NCBI RefSeq assembly: GCF_021028975.2
Contig: NC_059426.1
Coordinates: 140,864,001-140,928,000, forward strand
Source of the DNA: Sphaerodactylus townsendi
Taxonomy: Eukaryota
Length of the DNA: 64,000 bases
Direction: 5' to 3'
Both the position numbers and the translations under genes were made by a program. Numbering within the stretch: position 1 is the stretch's first letter; each line of letters opens with the position of its first letter. Under the pieces are notes generated by a model. It ran no database searches. It had not been told where the DNA came from and worked only from the letters and a program-made list of their open reading frames with translations. Positions 57,201 to 64,000 of this stretch are shown here, piece after piece.

Positions 57201-60200
57201 TAGGCACGTGGACCATTTTCCTAGCTGGTTGGAGGAATGGAGCATACAGAGACCTCTATACATGCATGCCCTTGTCAAACTACATTTGTGTTTATTAATT
57301 CACACTCACACACCCCAACTCAAGATAAACCACTCTCAGAATTACTACTTTTAAAGCTTTTATGAAGTTTAGACAAATGACTGTACAAACACCACCATTT
57401 TATATCATTTCTTGGGGGGGCACAGTAGTGGATATAATGCATTTAACATGTATGTGAGCTAACCCATCAATAATTGTCAGTTTATCTTTGTCTCGTATTT
57501 ACCCTGCAGTTATTCTAAACAGTCCTCCATAAATTGTTGCCAGGTTGATTATGATATATATATATTTTACTGCATGTAATTCTTCCTTGACTTATAAGAT
57601 CCTCAGTCTATGTTCCATTTTACATACTTGCCTTGCTTTCCAATTTTGTAACTGGGATACAAATACTATTCTTCAAATAGAAAATGACTAGAATGCAGTT
57701 CCATAACATGAGTTTGCTGAAATCTCTGCTCTAAATCTATAATTTTATCTCAGAGTTAAAATCAATACATTTATCTTTCAAGCTCAGCTCAGTATATATA
57801 ATCACAACTTTCTCCTTTTCAGACTTTGTATAGATGTGCAACATGCCCAGCTGCTCTACATATTCCATATTTTTACAATATTAATACCTGATGGTTGGTC
57901 CTAAGGTTATCAATTTGCTTTTTGAAAACAGTAGTCCAAAAATCTTTGCAAATAAACTTCATTATATCTAATTCATCCTTGAATCTGGCAGTATCTTTAG
58001 TAAACCTAAGAGAAATCAATTCAGAGCAGAGACATTTGGTTAATTATCTTGAAGTAGTCAAATACAATAATGCTTGTTGGTAACAAAATAACCTTTGACC
58101 CAATAGACACGCCACTTATGTAAAGCAGCTTCTATCAGAATGTCACAAATTTGTCACCACCCCCTAAAATGCTGCTCCTGACAGACACGTAACAACATCC
58201 ACTTTAACTCCAGAAACACCATGGCCATGGAAAGGGAGATCTGATGCAGTAGGGAAGAAACTAATGAAAGCTGAGCCCCTCACATCCATTTCATTCACTG
58301 GATCCAGGCCTAGGTATAGAAGAAATCATAGGGCTTTCCTGAAAAGCATGGGTACAATCCAGAGAACATTTAACATCGATTCCACACTGATTTCAGTGGG
58401 AGATAGCTGAGAATTTAATGGCCTCCAGTGGGGCTGAAAGAGTTTGGCATGGCCTTGTGCCGGAGCATTTGCCCCCTCCAGCGCCTAAGCGGCAGCCCCA
58501 CCAGTACAGAAAACAAACACACCAGTCCCTCAGGTCTGCTGCAGTGAAGCCTAAAATGGTTGCTGCTGTGCAGCTGCACTGGAGGATGAGCTGGGGCATT
58601 TCCAGGTGTGAAGTCAACTATAGTCAGCTCCCAGCTGGGCTTTTGTGCCATGGATACCACAGCTGGGACCCCTGACTTATGCCTCCCCAAAGGGTGGTGT
58701 AATTCCATTTAGCCCCGTGGAGATCTTTTGGTGTCCACTGAGGTTATTTTGTTTTTTCTGCCTCCCCATGCCACCCCCAGCTGTCTTGGGCTTTGGATGG
58801 GGCTGGAGCTCTCCTATGAAAATTCTGGGGGTAAGAGACTCTAGGAAAATTATGGCAACCCTATTGTCAGCAATAAAGCCCACTGAAATGCAAAACCACG
58901 TAAACAGCTGGGGTTCTGCTGGAAAACTGTTGGTGGGTTTGAGGAGGCCCATGCCTTTAATTGCGTGGGCTAACCCCTCTTGCCTTTCTTCCCCCCTTGG
59001 CCCTGTGTCACCAGTTCCCTCCTCATCCTTTTCCCAGACACCTGCATCAGCATGCTAGGGTTAATAGTGCCCACCAAGGGGGGGGGGGGTGACCCCTCTT
59101 GTATTTCCTACCCCCTCAGTCCCACGGGGAGCAGCTGACACCTGTGCCTGTTCCTCCTCAGTCAGCTGCAAATGGAACCGTGACTGTAATTATTCAGCAG
59201 TGGGGGAGAAGGGCAAGTGCGAGAGCAGTGAGATAGTGAATAAACTGTCACATTGTTTTGTTTGTGTGGTTTTTACCTGTTCTGTGTAAGCCCTGTCCAC
59301 AAGCCATGTGTGCATGGTGATAGGCTGGAAGTGAGTCATCTCCACCAAGGGTAGCCTTTTATATAATAGGATAGTTACTACAGCTACTTTCATTAATTTT
59401 TTTTACCCATACACTATGTAACAACAGTTGGGATACCATTAACTGTGCTTACTTCTTTTTTTCAAAACAACTTTAAATTAGTTCCATTGTATTATTATAA
59501 GTTGTTTTGTTTTTCATTGTTGCCTTACAATAGAGATCCCCAACATGGTGCCCACTGATGTTTTCTGGCCCACACTTGCTTCTTCCCCAAAGCAATGAGC
59601 CAGTCCTATCCTTCATTCATTTCAAAGGAGTAGAAGGTGTTTCAGAAGAGCCCAGGAAACATCCTTTTGTCTCACCATTTTTCTTCTTCAAGCGAGTCCT
59701 ATTTCACAATAACACACATCAGACTACTAGAAGCCTATAAATCTACCCCCTAATTTTTTTTTTATTACACAAAGTATACAGCATCTTTCAAAAGCTTTCC
59801 TCATGGCATTCTAAAAAAGACATACAGAACCAGGTGGAATATTTAAAGACAAACTATGTATGAAAAGGAGGTTCCACTCACCTTTCTATTAATCCTTGTC
59901 CTACTCTAAACCCCATGTTCTCCAGTTTTGTGATGCACCGTCCATTTTCCTGAAAGTACAAAAACCGCAATCCTGTATCAAATCTACATAAAATCTATTT
60001 TTCAACTATTTATTACATTTCAATCCTGTGTTCCCTACAAAAAGTGGAGGGCAGCGTGCATTTATCCACAAAGCAACCCTGAGGTTAGATTGTGAGAGTG
60101 ACTGGAACCTGTGACCTGTGGCCTGTGGGATTCCATGGACGTTTGAACCCATGTCTCCTACAATTCCAGAGCAATCCTAAACAAAGTTTCTTTATTTACT

Positions 60201-60668
60201 TTCCTCATTATCCAAGTTACACCCTTCCAAATCCACTGAAAGTAACAGGATGAAACAAAAAAAAAAAACACCCAACACCCCTAAAAGGATGTTGACCACA
60301 TCTTGCAGCAGAAAAGCAAGCAACGACCATGGGGCATTAGGACTCAGAATCCCAACAGATCTGGTGAAACTAATCCATGGTAACAAAGCAATAAGATCCG
60401 TTGGGGACACCTTAAGACCAGGCAAATCCTTTGTGGCAAAAGCTCCCGCAGCCTGTCGACTGGGGCCTTCACGCCACAGCCGCTGTGCCATAAGCCTGCA
60501 GCTCCCGTCCACCCCACACCAGAGTCTCTACAGCCTCCTCCTTTTCCTCCCACAAACCGGGAGCGCCGGTCTCAGCCCTTCACTCACCCCGTCGCCTTGT
60601 TCCGCGGCGCGGTACAGCCCAGAAACCATCTCGTTGTGCAGCAACAAGAAGAGCGCTTCGTCTGCCAT
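54271..60668 (-). CDS. TRAPPC6B: Trafficking protein particle complex subunit 6B, 6 coding exons, 158 aa (163 aa if the ATG at 60683 is used)
   Basis: Minus-strand exons: 60668-60588, 59949-59882, 58005-57888, 57107-57024, 55829-55736, 54302-54271 (477 nt). Translation [73 protein letters not shown]...[10 protein letters not shown]. All introns GT-AG. Confidence 0.96.
56296..56797. mobile_element. Non-autonomous hAT element
   Basis: TIRs CAGTGGTGGCGAACCT...AGGTTCGCCATCACTG. 8-bp TSD ATCTATAC at 56288-56295 and 56798-56805. Confidence 0.88.
58938..59371 (-). mobile_element. Possible non-autonomous Helitron
   Basis: The minus strand begins a|TCCTATTATATAAAAG. GC-rich hairpin GCCCATGC-N8-GCGTGGGC at 58947-58970 near the other end. 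The terminal CTAG is not intact. Confidence 0.45.
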
Positions 60669-62949
60669 CTCCGACTTGTTCATGGCGGACGCTTCCCGGT
60701 TGGAAAGGGACTCCGAGGGCTGCTCTTTCTCACACGACCCGGCAAGGCCAAACCGACCCTCCGCAAAAGCCCAGGCGGAACTGTCAAGGCAACCGCCGGC
60801 GGATCCCGGGGCGGGGTTTCTGCAAGAACCCGCCTCGGTTAGCCGGCGCTGCTGGGACGGAGAGCGCTGCGCTTTGCGCGCCAGGAGGCTTTGGAGAGGG
60901 GGGCGCAGGATCAAGTTGGATGGGTGGGTTCGGGACACGAAGCTGGGCGCTCTCTCTTGTGCAGCTCAGTCTCCTTCATCTTCACCGGACTCTCAAGGAT
61001 ACGTGCAAGTGATTTGCAGCCTTGCTGCAAGTACCATAGCTTTTCCCATTACTTTGATATCGCGAGATGGTGCGCGTATTGGTGTGAATGGTCACAGGTT
61101 TGGGGAGCGCTTTAAATGCTCGGAAAGATCTTTATATATACTATACGCTGTTATTATTGTAGTCATAAACGAAGGGAAACCTAAGTATCTGCCGTCCCTT
61201 CTCCAAGGTTGTCAGCATATAGAAGTGCTCGTAGATCTCGTTATCATCACATCCTAAGTATAACTGGTACACTTATGCTCGCTGTTTCAAATTAGCCATG
61301 CTTTCACAATGTAGAAAAGTACTCTCATAATGCACTTATTTGCTTTTACTTTTTGGAAAGGCACACAACTAAAATATTATAAACAAGCAGCTGAACAATG
61401 ATTTCACTAGCTTGAATAAGCGGTGTGAATAGTGTAAATATTACAACCAGTTCTCTTAGACAGTGAACTTGCCTCCCCTTTGCATGCATTAGTAAATTCT
61501 TATTTAGATTTCATCAGTGTTCTTTATGCAGTTCCAAAGATTCAACTAGTACAGAATGTACTTGTTCATCTCTTAACTGGAGTGCTAAAAAGATCATAGC
61601 TGTATTGCACTGAATTCCTATTTACCTGTTCAGTTCTCTCTTCTGAAGCTCTATCCCCATTATTAATATCATCTGGTATGAACTTGGTTCAGTTTCACCT
61701 ATTGTTTTTTATCATACTTTAGAAAGACTGCTGTGTATCTTGAGTGCCATGTGGATAGAAAGTTTCTATGAAATTTTACTAATATTACCAGAGATGACCT
61801 TGTAGATCAGTTGCAATAGTATATAAACTTGACTGACATGCAGATGGCATTTTGGTGCCAAAGTTTGCTCTTCCTCTACCCAAGTAAATAATGTGCTACG
61901 TCTGGTAATGGGGCCTAAAAGCTGAGGACTGACTTACAGCCCAATCCAAATGGGGGAGTAGATTGGGGGTTGGGTACAGTGCCACAGTAGCACATCCACA
62001 CTATTTCCAATTGAGTTTCAGGTGACACAGGGAGGGGAGAAAATCCCCCTGAAAATTCCATAGGGAGGACCAGCTTACACCATACTTTTGGTGGCGTAGG
62101 TCGACTGCAGTTGTAGCAGGCTTTCCTGGGCTGAAACTCCTTTGGGAGGCAACGGAAGTCAGCTCCTCCCTAGAATGCCAGCACAGGAATGACAGCGTGG
62201 AAGACCACTTCCTGGTTTCTGCACCACAGTGCCCTGCCACAATGGCATTTGTGCTATTATGTACAGTGCTGGTTGCACAGGCACCAGCACAACCATTCCA
62301 CCACTTCCAAGATGGCTTCCACCACCACCCTTTGGACTACACAGTAACTGCTATTTATAAGCCTGAGACACCTTAAAGACAAATGAAACTGTATTCCAAC
62401 ATAAAACTCACTTCTTCAGAGGCAAACTTAAACTGGAATGAAATTGTGTTGGTTTGTAATATGCTACAAAACTCCTGTTTATTTTGGTTGAAACGGAGTA
62501 GCCCTCTGGAATTATTAATATTCACAGTTCATCTCATTCATATTGTTTTGAGCAAGTTGCGACGTGTTTTTAATATTTACTTACGAACTATGTAATTCAG
62601 AGGTTCTTAATAAAAAGCTAATGCACTGCACATACATAGCCTTCCTTCACACACACACATATATTTCTGCTTCAGAAATAAGGTCCACAGATTACTATTT
62701 CCAAGTGAGAATTAAATGCATCCTGAAAGAGTTTAGAGCACAGTATTTATTTATATTTATACTTTGTATTTATATCCCCCCAATCTCCCGAAGATCTCGA
62801 GGCTGCCGGTAGCTGGACTAAAGTAAAAAAAAATCCAAAAGCAAAGGTCGCTTTCTATTAAAAACTACCTAGATTTGCAATGCTCCCATTCGCTCGTGGC
62901 ATTGAGCCTAGCCCTTCCACTCACACTTCAAGGCAGTTTATGACCCCAG

Positions 62950-63416
62950 GAGCGCGCGAAATCAAACAGGGCTGGTCATGTAATGGGGACGGAAGACAAA
63001 AAAAAAAAATCCACCTCCGCTGATTGGTTAGCTTGAAGGTCTCATTTACCCCTTGCTTGGCTGATTAGACATCAGTCCCATCTGCCGTTTGGTGATTGGC
63101 CAGACAAGCAAAGCCGGCGAATATCGAGTGGCTGAAAGCTACTTTACTCTGAAATATGAGAACGGACGATTGGCTCAGATAGAAGACGAAGATTGGATTA
63201 TTTTGGTGCCATTTAAACGCAATAAGATAGTCTTTCGAGCAGCTGTTGGGTAAGACAGTTGTCACTCCGGACTAAAAGTGGCGATTGGTGGAGAGGTTGG
63301 CGAAGGCGCGTTACGTGTAGGCGGGACGATTCCCCATCCCTTGCTCCCACGGTTCCTCCGGCCTTGCTTTCTACTGGGTAGGCCGCGCTGTGGTGGTTGA
63401 GGCGGCGGCGGCGGGG
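62950..63416 (+). promoter_or_regulatory. PNN promoter with five inverted CCAAT boxes
   Basis: ATTGG at 63023, 63095, 63169, 63192 and 63284, upstream of the CpG-rich exon 1. Confidence 0.65.
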
Positions 63417-63529
63417 ATGGCGGTGGCTGTGCGTGCTCTGCAGGAGCAGCTTGAGAAGGCGAAAGAGAGTCTCAAGCACGTCGATGAGAATATCCGCAAA
63501 CTCACCGGGCGAGATCCCAATGATGTGCG
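63417..63529 (+). CDS. PNN: Pinin, first coding exon (gene continues beyond the window)
   Basis: MAVAVRALQEQLEKAKESLKHVDENIRKLTGRDPNDV(R), followed by donor CG/gtaagg. Lies in a CpG island, head-to-head with TRAPPC6B as in mammals. Confidence 0.95.
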
Positions 63530-64000
63530 GTAAGGCTGAAGGGCGGGGAGGGGGAGAGAAAACTGGACACGAATGGAAATAGGCTTATTAACCGACAAAG
63601 GGGTCCCTTCGCAGCAGAGGCTCACTCGAGCTTTTATTGCAACTCGCAAACGGGGCGGGAGCCTCACATGCGTCCTTGAGGCGTAGTGTGGACAGTTCTG
63701 GCCCCAGAAATGGCCATCCGAGGCTTCTCAGGGGGGGAAAATGGGAGGGGTATTAGGAACGGCTAGCAATTTTCTTTGGAAGAATGAGGTCCAGAATGAG
63801 AGGTGGGTAGGCTGGGTGGAGAGCGTAGGCAGTGTGGTATCAGCGATTAGGATGCTGCCCTATGATCTTGAAAATCTGGATTCAGGTTCTCAATTTGCTA
63901 TGAAACCTCGTTGGCTAAATTTCCACCAGCGTCTCGTTCTCCAACCGAATTATTTCGCAGAGTTATTGTGAATGGGGTGTCAGTCTCCAGGTGAGATTTG

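Noticed and set aside
60250-61257. 335-aa ORF
   Set aside because: It is antisense to TRAPPC6B exon 1 across a CpG island; stop-codon depletion from GC content explains it.

Overview
Vertebrate nuclear DNA. The repeat content (tRNA- and 5S-derived SINEs, CR1/L2, hAT/Harbinger MITEs, Penelope-like elements) points to a squamate, probably a gecko; this is inference. Layout from left to right: (1) a CpG promoter and non-coding first exon of a minus-strand gene at about 3.3 kb, probably SEC23A; (2) two convergent U1 snRNA genes with complete DSE/PSE promoters, set in an ~830-bp inverted repeat around a decayed LINE, both hard-masked by identical 148-N blocks; (3) a complete 13-coding-exon PROSER1 (+, 922 aa, last intron GC-AG); (4) a complete GEMIN2 (+, 10 exons, 264 aa); (5) a complete TRAPPC6B (-, 6 exons); (6) PNN exon 1 (+). 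Three observations stand out. PROSER1 and the U1 pair sit inside what is a contiguous SEC23A-GEMIN2-TRAPPC6B-PNN block in human. Both U1 copies carry a stem-loop I variant. Several intronic palindromic Penelope-derived insertions carry minimal hammerhead ribozyme motifs, including a perfect 190-bp palindrome in GEMIN2 intron 3. All coordinates were read by hand and all family names come from recalled consensus features, not from database searches.
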